From: Chloroflexota bacterium
GTDB lineage: Bacteria; Chloroflexota; UBA11872; UBA12225; JAJDUF01
Direction of reading: 5' to 3'
NCBI GenBank assembly: GCA_965238265.1
Contig: OZ250185.1
Location: 1,949,255 to 2,013,254 of the forward strand
DNA length: 64,000 nucleotides
The position numbers were made by a program, and so were the translations under genes. Position 1 is the first letter of the stretch; each line of letters starts with the position of its first letter. Below the pieces are notes generated by a model that had not been told where the DNA came from, ran no database searches, and saw only the letters and a program-made list of their open reading frames with translations. Positions 11,200-21,267 of the stretch are shown one piece after another.

Positions 11200-11292
11200 T
11201 AGGGCGGGGTACCGGCGCCGGAAATGGGCCTGTGATATAGTCCTATACTCACTATGCTCTGGTGACCCGGCGGCGCAGAGTGCGGGCGCTAG

Positions 11293-11368
11293 GCCGAGAT
11301 AGCTCAGTTGGTAGAGCACGTGACTGAAAATCACGGTGTCGGCAGTTCGATTCTGCCTCTCGGCACCA
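11293..11368 (+). tRNA. tRNA-Phe (anticodon GAA)
   Basis: The cloverleaf was read by hand: acceptor stem GCCGAGA / TCTCGGC, D-arm GCTCAGTTGGTAGAGC, anticodon loop CTGAAAA, T-arm GGCAGTTCGATTCTGCC, discriminator A and a genomically encoded CCA. It closely resembles E. coli tRNA-Phe. Confidence 0.92.
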
Positions 11369-11386
11369 TTTCCCCAAGTAAGCGCT

Positions 11387-11420
11387 GGCCTCTGCGATAG
11401 ATAGCAGAGGCCGTTTGATT
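11387..11420 (+). terminator. rho-independent terminator-like hairpin after tRNA-Phe
   Basis: A 9-bp stem (ggcctctgc ... gcagaggcc) with loop gatagata is followed by gtttgatt. Confidence 0.6.
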
Positions 11421-11652
11421 CTCGTTGACGGTCGCGTACATACCCTCCTCACTGCGGTGCAGTGTGTCTGGAGGTGAGCTTATGCCGCAGCCGCAGTCAA
11501 TGCCCCTCTTCCACGCGCAGGCATCGCCGTCCAGCCTTCGCGATGGTATGTGTCGGGTTGATGTCGGTCTCCGTTGTTCCGATCAACACGAGACTTCAAC
11601 TTGCCTGACTATCCGGAATCGCAGTTGAGAGCTAAGGAGCACATAGAAAATC

Positions 11653-14600
11653 ATGAACCGCAGCGGGCAGAACATTGTTGTCGGGGCTCTCGTCCAATGG
11701 ACAGGCGCGAAAACATACGGGGTAGTCACCAACATTGATGACGGGGTAATCCATGTCCGATGGGATGAAGCAGGTCTCCCACCCCAATTTGCGGTCAGGA
11801 ACGCCCCGCTACTGCGGATTGAAGTGGGAGGTGAAGTTGTCCAACGGAGATCGACCGGGGAGATTGCAGCTGTCCAAGGCCCGGTGGACGTGGAGCCACC
11901 AACCTGGCAGTGCGTCATCACCGGTTCTGGTAGTCCAGTTAGAGCCAACGTGCCGGAGGCAGACCTGCGCCCCATACCTATCACCGATCCCGTTGACTGA
12001 TTCGAGGCGAGCCACATTGGCTCACTCCGGCAGTATCGTCTCCAGGAGGTCACACGGTGGTACCGGGCGCTGCATCTTCACAACGATCTCGTGTCCCTCG
12101 GAAATGCTCGGGTGGATATTAAGCCCCATCAAGTGGGGGTTGTGCATAGAGTAGTAACCAACTACCCTCACCGCTTCCTGTTATGCGATGAGGTTGGTTT
12201 GGGAAAGACGATTGAAGCAGGGATGGCACTTAAGGAACTCCGGACCAAAGGCGGTGCCCAGCGGGTTCTAGTCATTGTTCCGCCTAACCTGGTTCGTCAG
12301 TGGCAGTTCGAGATGAAGACGAAGTTCAATGAGATTTTCTCAGTGCTGGACACCAACACTGTCCAGTTTTTGAGGAATCAAGGCCAGGTGGGTAATCCCT
12401 TCACCTACTCGGACAGTGTTCTATGTTCCGCAGCATGGGTTGCCCATCCGAAATGGGCGAAGTTGTGCGCCGAGGTGGACTGGGACCTCGTCATCGTAGA
12501 TGAGGCCCACCACGCCCGGAGCCGTCGTTCCGGAAACCGGGTCCAGACAACGCGCCTCTACCGGTTGGTCAGAGATCTGACGACACCGGAGCATATCACC
12601 CGAAGGGGAATGCTCTTCCTTACCGCAACGCCAATGCAGCTTGATACCCATGAACTCTATTCCCTGGTAGAGCTCCTTGACCCCGCACTCTTCCCTTCAG
12701 AGAAACACTTCGAACAGCACCTTCAAGCGGTGCCCGGCCTTTCTCAACTTGTCGAGCGCCTCCACATGCACGGATTCCCGTTCCCGGAAGAGGATCCTGA
12801 CGAAACGGTCGAGCAGGTTTCCGAGTGGCTTGGTTTGGGTGTGGATATAGCGCGCCAGCGGCTCTCTGCCGGAGAAGAGGCGCGGGAGGCACTTGCCAAC
12901 GAGTTGGCCGATCATCACCTCCTCAGTGAAGTGTTGATTCGGAACCGCAAGGCTGTGGTGGGCGGATTCATGCCTCGTGTAGCCCATCGTTGGGAGGTTG
13001 ACTTAACACCCGAAGAACGCGCGGCGTTGCGAGCCGTAGAGGATTACGTCCAGTATGGATTTCAACTTGCCGAGGGTGCCAACAACAGCGCTGTGGGATT
13101 CGTTATGGTCATTTTTCAGAAGTTGATGGCATCCAGCATTGCTGCCATCAGGGAGTCGTTAGGCAGGCGCAGGCAGAAAATCCGAACTGCCCTCGCAAGC
13201 CCGCAGTCGTCTGCGGGTGCTACTCAACTAGAGGAGAGACTGGATGATGACGACAATGCGGGTGATGTCGTCGAGATCCCCGGCGTCGCGGCTGACATGG
13301 TGAACGAGGAGCTATTCCTGCTAGACCGAGCCATCAACACCCTTGACCTAGTGAACCGCGACTCCAAATCTTGCGTACTTGTCGAGCGGCTAGCCGAGTT
13401 GTTCGATGAGCACCCTGACGAGAAGGTGCTCGTATTCACTCAGTTCCGCGAGACCCAGAGACATTTGGGAGAACTGCTCACTGCCAGAGGTTGGGGTGTT
13501 AACGTCTTTCATGGTCAAATGAAGCCTGGAGACAAGGACGACGCAGTGGAAGGTTTTAGGAACGGTGTGGGGCCCCAAGTGCTCATAAGCACCGAGGCTG
13601 GTGGTGAGGGTCGGAACTTCCAATTCTGCCACCTGCTCGTCAACTACGATCTGCCGTGGAATCCTATGCGAGTCGAACAGCGTATCGGTCGAGTGGATCG
13701 TATCGGCCAGGACCATACGGTCAGTATCTTCAACCTCTGGGTCAAAGACACCATAGAGGAGCGCGTTCTCGACGTGCTGGAGAATCGAATTAGAGTGTTC
13801 GAGGAAACCGTAGGGGGTCTTGATCCTATCCTCGGCGAGGCCGAGAACGACATACGGAAAATCATGCGTATTGCTGATGAAGAACGGGAAAAGCCCTTGA
13901 GGAGTTTGGCAAGCAGTTGGAAGGGCAGGTCCGCCGCGCCCGGGATGCAGAGGGGAAACTTGGCGACTTCATCATGGACACGAAGTCTTACCGGCGACAA
14001 CTCGCCGAGCGCATCGCCGGGCAGCCTTCACCGATCAACAATGATGATCTTGATAGGTTTATAAGAGAGCTTCTCGCCAGTGTACGCACCTACATCAAGC
14101 GAAATGGTGATTTTTATGAGCTGACCTTCCATGGCGAAATTCTTGACACCTTAAGGACACATTTCGCCGGCGGACCCAAGCGAAAGGCGGTGTTCCGACC
14201 TGACCGCCGTCCCGACTCGGATGATGTCGAGTTTGCGGCATTCGGCCATCCGATCGTGGACGCAATAGTTACACAAGTACTTGATGAGGGCTACGAGGGA
14301 GTGACAGGCACCCGCCGCATTCCTGCTGGCGACGATCTCGCCCCCCAGTCTGGATGGCTCTTCACCTACCAGTTCACTATCCCTGGTCCGCAGTCCACCG
14401 AACGTCTCGTGCCGGTCTTCATGCACGACAATGGTGAAGTGGATGTGGAGACAGGACACCACATCGTGCAACGTGCCTATCGGTTTGACAGGAATGAGCA
14501 GGAGATGCACCCTTCCGAGATTCCCGACAACCTCCGCGAGATTGAGCCACAGGCGAATCGGTTTGCCAATGCCGAGAGGGAAGCGGCCCAGCAGCAGGCT

Positions 14601-14915
14601 GAGACTCAGGCCGCCGAGCGTTTCAACCGGGAAATCGCTCGTCTTGAGGCATGGTTCGACTATCGGGAACGCGCCGCCAGTGACCGTGTGGAGGCTACCA
14701 GCGCTACCCTGAATCGACTCCGCGAGAGCGATGACGAGTCGCAGCGCCAAATTTTGCCCGTCTGGGAGGCTAATCTCCGACGGGACAAGGAACTGCTCGG
14801 TAATCTCACCGAAGAGCGTCGCCGCCGGATTGATGAAGCTGAGAGATATCGTCACCCTCAAGTCGATTGGGTGCTGAAGTCGCTGGGCCGCATTGAGGTG
14901 GTGGCTCCCAACTAA
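11653..14915 (+). pseudogene. rapA: RapA/HepA-like SNF2-family ATPase (RNA-polymerase-associated protein homologue). It is disrupted by an in-frame TGA at 11998-12000 and by a frameshift near 13886-13893. It lies in a lower-GC islet directly 3' of tRNA-Phe.
   Basis: ORF 11653..12000 has a tandem Tudor/KOW-like N-terminal domain (VGALVQWTGAKTYGVVTNIDDGVIHVRWDE) comparable to the E. coli RapA N-terminal domain. After the TGA the same frame continues into the ATPase core: [37 protein letters not shown] (compare E. coli RapA [37 protein letters not shown]), a DEAH box (LVIVDEAHHARS) and helicase-C motifs (QRIGRVDRIGQ). The C-terminal 330 aa continue in a different frame (ORF 13917..14915) after the homopolymeric run gggaaaag. 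Confidence 0.8.
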
Positions 14916-14999
14916 CGGGACTCGGCGGCCTGACGCTTTCACTACCCGACCCGGCGGATAGCTTCCCATCCTCTGCTGCGGCGAGTTGGCCGCGCTTGC

Positions 15000-15668
15000 T
15001 CATTCTGCCGCCATGGTCGGTGCCGACCGTGCCCACCGGATGGCAGCGGCGATAAAGAACAGGCCCATGGCCACGAGAAACGCGCCAGCGAGACCGACAA
15101 CGAACCGGTAGACCTCAGCGTCGAAGAGCTGCTGTCCGGCGATGAGGAGCAATGCGATCAGCACGTACCAACCGAAGTCGGCCGCGATATGGCCAATATA
15201 AAAGGCGCCCAGTGCCAGGTTCCCGCCGCGGTGGAGCGCCAAGGCCGTGTAGCTGGCGCCGACCGTTGCCCACCAGAGCACCCAATAGGGATTACTCACG
15301 CTCACGACGATGCCCGTGAGAATAGGCAGGGCCGCAGCCGGGGCGGCTTGCGCCTCGCCAAGGTGAACGGCGCCAGTCCAGGCGGCCCGCGCAAGATCGG
15401 CTCCCAACACGATCAGGGCGATGCCACCGAGCGCCGCAATCGTCCGCAGGACCGTAGGGTGTCGGATCGCCCGTGCCAGCCCCCGGGCCAGGGCCAGCAC
15501 CACGAGCAGTTCGAGCAAGGCGTGTCCGAGCACGAGCAGCGGCGCCGCCCAGAATCCGGTGCGGGCGACATCGCCGATCACCGCTGTGAGTAGGGGTCCC
15601 GGTGCGACGGCGCCGGACAAGCCTACGAGCAGTGAGGTGGCGAAAAGGCCCCAGGTAGCTCTCATCAT
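15000..15668 (-). CDS. LysE/RhtB-family amino-acid exporter
   Basis: It is about 220 aa with six TM segments and an N-terminus typical of LysE-type translocators. Confidence 0.65.
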   Translation of the reverse strand: MMRATWGLFATSLLVGLSGAVAPGPLLTAVIGDVARTGFWAAPLLVLGHALLELLVVLALARGLARAIRHPTVLRTIAALGGIALIVLGADLARAAWTGAVHLGEAQAAPAAALPILTGIVVSVSNPYWVLWWATVGASYTALALHRGGNLALGAFYIGHIAADFGWYVLIALLLIAGQQLFDAEVYRFVVGLAGAFLVAMGLFFIAAAIRWARSAPTMAAE

Positions 15669-15699
15669 TCGTCTGCTATCGTCCCTCGCCGTTGGGTGT

Positions 15700-15860
15700 G
15701 CCGACGCATCAGGCGACGGCCCGTCCCATCGTCACTCCGGCGAAAGCCGGAGTCCAGTAGCCGGGGGAGGTGGATTCCGGCTTGCGCCGGCACGACGGCC
15801 TCCCTATGGCCCCCCCGCTGCGGCAGGGGGACGGCGCTTCCCTCCCCGCCACACCACTAT
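15700..15860. repeat. mosaic intergenic repeat element, composed of a tcactccggcgaaagccggagtcc hairpin, a ggtggattccggcttgcgccgg hairpin and a G-rich module (cccccccgctgcggcagggggacggcgcttccctcccc)
   Basis: The same modules recur at 18600-18690, 31818-31868, 56190-56240 (reverse-complement orientation) and 63850-63910. Confidence 0.75.
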
Positions 15861-15943
15861 CCTGTCTATCCTGCTCATCCATGTTTGAGTCGTGGTGGCT
15901 GCTAGAATGGCCGCGCCGCCTTGTCCCATAAGGAGGTAGCACA

Positions 15944-17131
15944 TTGACGAGCAATGATCCGCTGCGTATCGCCGTAGTCGGCTGTGGGGGGATGGCTGGC
16001 TCCCATCTTCGCGCGTACCGCGAGCTGGCGCAGAAAGCGCCGGGCCTCATCACGGTGAGCGCGACGTGCGACGTGGACGAGGCCCGCGCTCGCCGCGCCG
16101 CTGCCGAGGTTGCCGAGTTCCAGGCGCAGGCGCCGCGTGTCTATACCGACTACCGGCAGCTCCTCGACGAGCACCGACCACCAGCGGTTGACCTGATCGT
16201 GCCGCATAATGTCCACCACACCCTCGTAGTCGAGGCCTTCGACGCTGGCGCCCACGTGCTGCTGGAAAAGCCGCTCGCCGTCAGTATTGCCGCCGGCCGG
16301 CGGCTCTTGGCGGCGCACGAACGGGCGTGTGAGCGGTCGCCCCTCGTCCTGGCAGTGGCCGAACAGTACCGGCGCACACCGGAGGCCCGGGTGACTTGCT
16401 GGGCAATCCGGGATGCGGGCCTCATCGGTGAGCCGCGGATGATCTTCTCACAACGAGTAAATCTCAGCATAGGCCTGATCGTCGGGACTGCCTGGCGCCA
16501 CGACCGCCTCCTATCCGGCGGTGGTTGGGTGCTCGACGGCGAGGTACATACGTTCGACCTCTTTCACAATATGTTCGGTCGTATTGCCGAGGTCTATGCC
16601 GCGGTACGGACCTTCGAGCCGACCCGCTACGCAGACCCGCAGACACTCAGCGGCCCCACGCCCTCCGACGTTGAGGACGCCGCGATGGCCGTGTTGACCT
16701 TCGAGAGCGGGCTGTTGGCCAACTTCACCTGGACCCAGGCTGCCCCGGGAAAGGCGTTCCAGCGGCGCCGCTACTATGGCAGCGACGGCTCACTGGACCA
16801 GGATGGCTTGCACCGGCGCGATGGCACTACCTTGGGCATTGCCGAGGTGCAAGAGCAGTTCCTAGAGTTGCTCACCCCGGAGCAGAAGGAGACATTATTT
16901 CCCTACGACACCCGAGACCCGGTCCTAGTAGAAATCGTGGATTTCGTCCGCGCCGTGCGTGATGGCACCGTGCCGGAGGTAGACGGCCACGAGGCGTTAG
17001 CGGCGATGGCAGTGAGCGAGGCTCTGTACGAGTCGGCCCATGCGGGTACGCCGGTCAAGGTAGCCGATGTCCAAGCCGGCCGCGTCCGGGCAGCGCAGCG
17101 TGACATTGACGCGCACTGGGGCTTGCTGTAG
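15944..17131 (+). CDS. Gfo/Idh/MocA-family NAD(P)-dependent oxidoreductase
   Basis: An N-terminal Rossmann fold (LRIAVVGCGGMAGSHLRAY) is present, and the length and C-terminal domain are typical of the family. Confidence 0.8.
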   Translation: MTSNDPLRIAVVGCGGMAGSHLRAYRELAQKAPGLITVSATCDVDEARARRAAAEVAEFQAQAPRVYTDYRQLLDEHRPPAVDLIVPHNVHHTLVVEAFDAGAHVLLEKPLAVSIAAGRRLLAAHERACERSPLVLAVAEQYRRTPEARVTCWAIRDAGLIGEPRMIFSQRVNLSIGLIVGTAWRHDRLLSGGGWVLDGEVHTFDLFHNMFGRIAEVYAAVRTFEPTRYADPQTLSGPTPSDVEDAAMAVLTFESGLLANFTWTQAAPGKAFQRRRYYGSDGSLDQDGLHRRDGTTLGIAEVQEQFLELLTPEQKETLFPYDTRDPVLVEIVDFVRAVRDGTVPEVDGHEALAAMAVSEALYESAHAGTPVKVADVQAGRVRAAQRDIDAHWGLL

Positions 17132-17176
17132 CCCAGCATGGTAGTACCACTGATCTAGGCTCTGTTGACATTCCTC

Positions 17177-17261
17177 GGTCATTCCCGCTTGCGCGGGAAT
17201 CCAGGGCGGGCGCGATGGCTACGGCCCCAGGTGCCTGGATTCCGGCCTCCGCCGGAATGAC
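17177..17261. repeat. composite repeat made of two dRS3-like hairpins in opposite orientation (ggtcattcccgcttgcgcgggaatcc ... ggattccggcctccgccggaatgac)
   Basis: Seen directly. The architecture resembles the elements at 59228-59302 and 40476-40582. Confidence 0.8.
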
Positions 17262-17305
17262 GGGAGGGGACACCATGAATGACACTCCTACCTGGTGGTC
17301 AGGTG

Positions 17306-18463
17306 CTAACTACCCCCGGCCTCGTGGAGGAGCCGGTGGAGCTTGGCAGCGCTGCGCTCCCATGTGAACCGCGCTGCTTGTGCCGTCCCGCGCTCGATAA
17401 GCGTGGCGCGTAGCTCCGAGTCGCCGAGACAGCGAGACAGTGCATCGGCTAAGGCTGCTATGTCGGTTGGCTCCACCAACAGCCCGGCGTCGCCGACCAC
17501 TTCCGGTAGAGACGACACCCCCGAGGCCACGACGGGACAACGACAGGCCATCGCTTCGACACAGGGCAGGCCAAAGCCTTCATAGAGCGAGGGGTAGGCC
17601 AGCGCGACCGCTCCGGCGTACAGCAGACGCAGCTCGCTGTCGTCAGCGTCCTCGATCAGCCGGAACGAGTCGGTCATCTCGTGGTCTTGCACCGCCCGCT
17701 GCACCTCGGCATAGAGCCAGCCACGGCGACCGGCATGGACGAGCAAGACGTCTTCGCCGGTCTGCTCGCGTAGCAGGCGCACGGCCGCGATCAGTCGGGG
17801 CAGGTTCTTGCGCGGCTGTACCGTGCCTACCGAGAGGACGTAGGGACGGTCGAGTCTGCGCCGGCGGCGCATCGCTCCCAGAGCGGCAGGGTCGTCCACC
17901 GGCCCGAAGATCGGATCGGCGGCCGAGAGGAGGACGGCAGTCTTTTCCGCCGGTACTCCCAGGAGTGCCATGGTGTCTTGGCGCGTGTGCTCCGAGTCGG
18001 TGAGTACCAACGCGGCGGCCCGCACGGCCCGTGGCACCGCCGCTGTGAGGAAGGCGACCAAGCCGGGATCGTGCGTCTCCGGATAGTGCAGGAATGAGAG
18101 GTCGTGGATCGTGACAACCCCCCGCGCGCGTAGCAGCGGCGGGAGCACGAAGTTCGGCGAGTAAAACACCGCGCTGCCGGGGGCGCAGAGGTCAGCCCAG
18201 AGGGGTACTCGCCAGCGATGCCACAAGACGTTCAGCAGGCGCTCCGGGACGGGCAAGCGCCGCAGGGCTACCGTGCCCTCCGTCCCCGGCTCTACGTGTG
18301 GCGTCAAGGAGTCTCGCAGTGACGGGGGGACGGCCCCCGCATACAGCAAGGTGTAACTGTCGCCCGCTGCGGTGTGAATGAGCGCCTGGACCAGGGATCG
18401 GGTGTAGCGACCGACCCCGGCAGCCTGCCGCACGGCTGGGGTGTAGTCAATAGCGATCTTCAC
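17306..18463 (-). CDS. glycosyltransferase family 4 (GT-B fold, group 1)
   Basis: C-terminal GT4 motifs are present (LYAGAVALAYPSLYEGFGLPCVEAMACRCPVVAS). Start was taken at the GTG of VKIAIDYT; the track ORF extends 70 codons further into a repeat region. Confidence 0.8.
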   Translation of the reverse strand: MKIAIDYTPAVRQAAGVGRYTRSLVQALIHTAAGDSYTLLYAGAVPPSLRDSLTPHVEPGTEGTVALRRLPVPERLLNVLWHRWRVPLWADLCAPGSAVFYSPNFVLPPLLRARGVVTIHDLSFLHYPETHDPGLVAFLTAAVPRAVRAAALVLTDSEHTRQDTMALLGVPAEKTAVLLSAADPIFGPVDDPAALGAMRRRRRLDRPYVLSVGTVQPRKNLPRLIAAVRLLREQTGEDVLLVHAGRRGWLYAEVQRAVQDHEMTDSFRLIEDADDSELRLLYAGAVALAYPSLYEGFGLPCVEAMACRCPVVASGVSSLPEVVGDAGLLVEPTDIAALADALSRCLGDSELRATLIERGTAQAARFTWERSAAKLHRLLHEAGGS

Positions 18464-18718
18464 GATGCATTGTCTCGTACACGAGTCTCCGGCTCCCAGG
18501 GGCGGTGCCGGATAAGCAAGGGGCGATGTGAGCCACAGAGCACACGGAGCGCACAGAGGATAGCAGCCCCGGACAAGCGCCCGTCCCCTGTGGCTTGCCA
18601 TGGGTGGGACCGCCCCCCTATGGTCCTCCCGCTGTGCAGGGGGACGGTGCTTCCCTCCCCTGTGCGTCAGCACGGGGGAGGGCCAGGGTGGGGGCCACTA
18701 ACCACTCGCCACACGCCC

Positions 18719-19702
18719 CTACTTCGTGTGCTTGCTGATGAGGAAGACGGGCAGCCCGGTCACGATTAAGCCCCAGAAGCTAATCGAGCGATCCACCAAC
18801 GCCACGCCGAGGGCCACCTCCGGCGCGACACTGAACAGTGCCAGCACCCCTACCATGCCGGTCTCGACAGCGCCCAAGCCGCCCGGAGTCGGGACGACGA
18901 GCAGCAGCGAGGCGGCAGTCAGGACGAAGAGTACCGGCCCGATGGACAGCGGCACGTGGAGCGCATGGAGCACGAAGAACAGACGGCCGGCCTCCGCCAG
19001 CCACGCGAGGAGGGTGAGCGTGCTGACAACGGGCAGGTCCTGAAACGAATGGAAGACACCGTGCTCGAAGCGCGAATAGTAGGCTTGGATCCGCGCGCTG
19101 AAGAAGCCGATGACGCGCGGGCCACCGTACCGCAGGGCCAGCACGCCGGCGATGAGGATGAAGAGGACGACGGACGCGAGCAGCGCTAATTGCGCCAGCT
19201 CGGTGCCCACGCGGCCCCGCAACACCAGCAGCCCACTCAGCGCCAACAAGAGGACGAGCACCAGCACGTCAATGACCCGCTCCGCAAACACGGTACCCAT
19301 CGCGCGCGAGAACGACACGCGGTCGGTGCGCTTGAGGAGATAGCCTCGATATGCGTCGCCAAGCTTCAGCGGAGCGATACTGTTGACAAACCAGGAGAGG
19401 TAGATAATCTCAGTCAGCCGCGCCACGGACAAGTAGGGGTGCCCTACGTTGCCCAGCAGCCGGCGCCAGCGCAGCCCCCGCACCGGGAACGTGCAGATAT
19501 ACGAGCCAATCGCCAGCAGATAGAACCAGGGGTTGGCGTTGGTGATGCTCGCCCAGGTGGCATCGAGATTCACGTCGGCAGCGCGGATGACCACGACCAG
19601 GACTGCCAGCCCGACGACGAAGGAAAGAGCCGTGCGGACGTTCAGCAGCCGACGCGCCCAGCTAGTGGATTCGTCGGCCGGCGCTTTGGTTTCTGAGGTC
19701 AC
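18719..19702 (-). CDS. flippase-like / lysylphosphatidylglycerol-synthase-TM-domain (PF03706-like) integral membrane protein
   Basis: The polytopic membrane domain begins WARRLLNVRTALSFVVGLAVLVVVI. Start was assigned to the GTG whose codons overlap the upstream gene's stop (GTGA). The track ORF's 160-aa N-terminal extension overlaps the neighbouring gene and is low-complexity. Confidence 0.6.
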   Translation of the reverse strand: MTSETKAPADESTSWARRLLNVRTALSFVVGLAVLVVVIRAADVNLDATWASITNANPWFYLLAIGSYICTFPVRGLRWRRLLGNVGHPYLSVARLTEIIYLSWFVNSIAPLKLGDAYRGYLLKRTDRVSFSRAMGTVFAERVIDVLVLVLLLALSGLLVLRGRVGTELAQLALLASVVLFILIAGVLALRYGGPRVIGFFSARIQAYYSRFEHGVFHSFQDLPVVSTLTLLAWLAEAGRLFFVLHALHVPLSIGPVLFVLTAASLLLVVPTPGGLGAVETGMVGVLALFSVAPEVALGVALVDRSISFWGLIVTGLPVFLISKHTK

Positions 19703-21225
19703 GCCCGCGCTCCCGAACGGTGGCTGGCTGTCGTCCTGCTCCCTGGCCGCAGACGGGAGGCGGCTGGCGCTGTCGTCTGCTCCGGAGCGGACGCTGCGTT
19801 CTCCAACAGGGCCAGCAGCAGGCCGAGTAGCACACCCACACCCTGGACGAAGAGCATGTCGAAGATGCTGTGGATCGAGTAGGCCGTCAGGCCGCCCAGG
19901 ATACCCACCGCCAGCGCCCGCAAGGCGCGGTCGTGCCGGTTGCGTAGCGCGCGTCGTCCCAAGCACACGATTGCCAGCACGAGCACGAGATAGGCTCCGA
20001 GACCGAGCAGGCCCGCCTCCGCCGCGATGTTCAGATAGAGATTGTGCGCGTGGCCCAAGGGTTGCTGCCAGTTGGCGAGCGCAACCTCCGGGTAGTAAGC
20101 GTCGTAGTTCCCAACGCCGATCCCCGTCAGGTAGTTGTCCTGGAACATACGCAGGCCGGCGTGCCATTGCGAGAGCCGCTCGAGCACCGACCAATTCTCC
20201 GGGGTCACCGGGGTGCTCACCACTGTCCGCACGTTGACGGCGGACAGGGCGGCGTCCAGCGCCGGTTCCGTGAATTGGCCCGGCAGCGCCAGGCCCGCGA
20301 CGATAGCAAGCAAGAGCACGGCAGCGCCGAGGGCCAGAGTGATGCGTCGCGTGGCGCGACTGCCCAGCAGCAGGACCAGCAGCACGGCGCCGGCCAGGCC
20401 GAGCAGCCCTCCGCGCGACAGCGAAGCGAGCAGCGCGCTACCCAGCACGACTACCACTAGGCCGGTACACGAGCGGATCCACGGCAGTCGCGCTTCCAGG
20501 TCGCCGAACGCCCAGAGCGCAAAGGCGATGGGGAAGAACAGGACCAAGTAGCCGGCAAACGGGTTGGGCTGGCCGAACGTGCCGTGCGCCCGCATCAGCA
20601 CGTCGTTGACCAGGAAATGCGCCGGCCCAATGCGGCCGAGCGTCTGCACCAGCCCCACCGCTGCCTCGGCCGTGGCCGCTATCAGCAGACCGCCCACCAC
20701 CCACCACCGCCAACAGGTGACGCGCAGCAGTGCCACCGTCACTCCGTAGACCGCGAACAGCTCTACCCACTTGATGACTTCCTCCAGCGAGGACTCGATG
20801 TCCTGAGAGCGCAGGATACTCAACATAAGTACGGCGAGCAGCGCGAGACCGGGCAGGAGCAGCAGCGGGCGCGGTAAACCGCGCACCCGGCGCAGCGCGA
20901 GCACCGCAGCGGCAACGTACAGCAAGACCAGCACTTCCGTCACGCTGACTCGGAATTGCCCTAGCGTCGTTGCAACGAGCGACTGGAAGGGCACCGACCA
21001 AGCGAGTAGGAACACGCCAACCAGCGGCTGCACCAGCAGCAGCAAGAGCACAAGCACGCCAGCGAGAGCCACGGCGGACAGCAGCGGTGGGGCAATGGCA
21101 ATCGCGCTGCCGAGAGCGAGCAGCCCCACAGCGCCCCTGATGCGGGCCCACGGCGTAGACCGGGCGCCGAACGCCGGCCGGGTGCCTTTTCGGATGCCTC
21201 GATACGATGTCGCCAGTAGGCTCAC
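19699..21225 (-). CDS. O-antigen ligase / Wzy-like polysaccharide polymerase family membrane protein
   Basis: It has more than ten TM segments and a Wzy_C-like core (LASLSRGGLLGLAGAVLLVLLLG ... GIGVGNYDAYYP ... HAHNLYLNIAAEAGLLGL). Confidence 0.75.
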   Translation of the reverse strand: MSLLATSYRGIRKGTRPAFGARSTPWARIRGAVGLLALGSAIAIAPPLLSAVALAGVLVLLLLLVQPLVGVFLLAWSVPFQSLVATTLGQFRVSVTEVLVLLYVAAAVLALRRVRGLPRPLLLLPGLALLAVLMLSILRSQDIESSLEEVIKWVELFAVYGVTVALLRVTCWRWWVVGGLLIAATAEAAVGLVQTLGRIGPAHFLVNDVLMRAHGTFGQPNPFAGYLVLFFPIAFALWAFGDLEARLPWIRSCTGLVVVVLGSALLASLSRGGLLGLAGAVLLVLLLGSRATRRITLALGAAVLLLAIVAGLALPGQFTEPALDAALSAVNVRTVVSTPVTPENWSVLERLSQWHAGLRMFQDNYLTGIGVGNYDAYYPEVALANWQQPLGHAHNLYLNIAAEAGLLGLGAYLVLVLAIVCLGRRALRNRHDRALRALAVGILGGLTAYSIHSIFDMLFVQGVGVLLGLLLALLENAASAPEQTTAPAASRLRPGSRTTASHRSGARA

Positions 21226-21267
21226 GTTGCCTCGCTACCTGTAGCCCGGATTCTGCATACGATGGCC

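Noticed and set aside
11998-12040. Selenocysteine insertion at the in-frame TGA codons (rapA-like, vapC-like, DUF4352)
   Set aside because: No stable bSECIS-like stem-loop with the expected spacing was found 3' of any of the three TGAs. None of these protein families is a known selenoprotein.
11369-15000. Classical integrative island with integrase and attL/attR at tRNA-Phe
   Set aside because: No integrase, recombinase or transposase ORF is present in the low-GC segment. The best match to the tRNA 3' end near the distal boundary is only about 8 bp (attctgcc), which is not significant.
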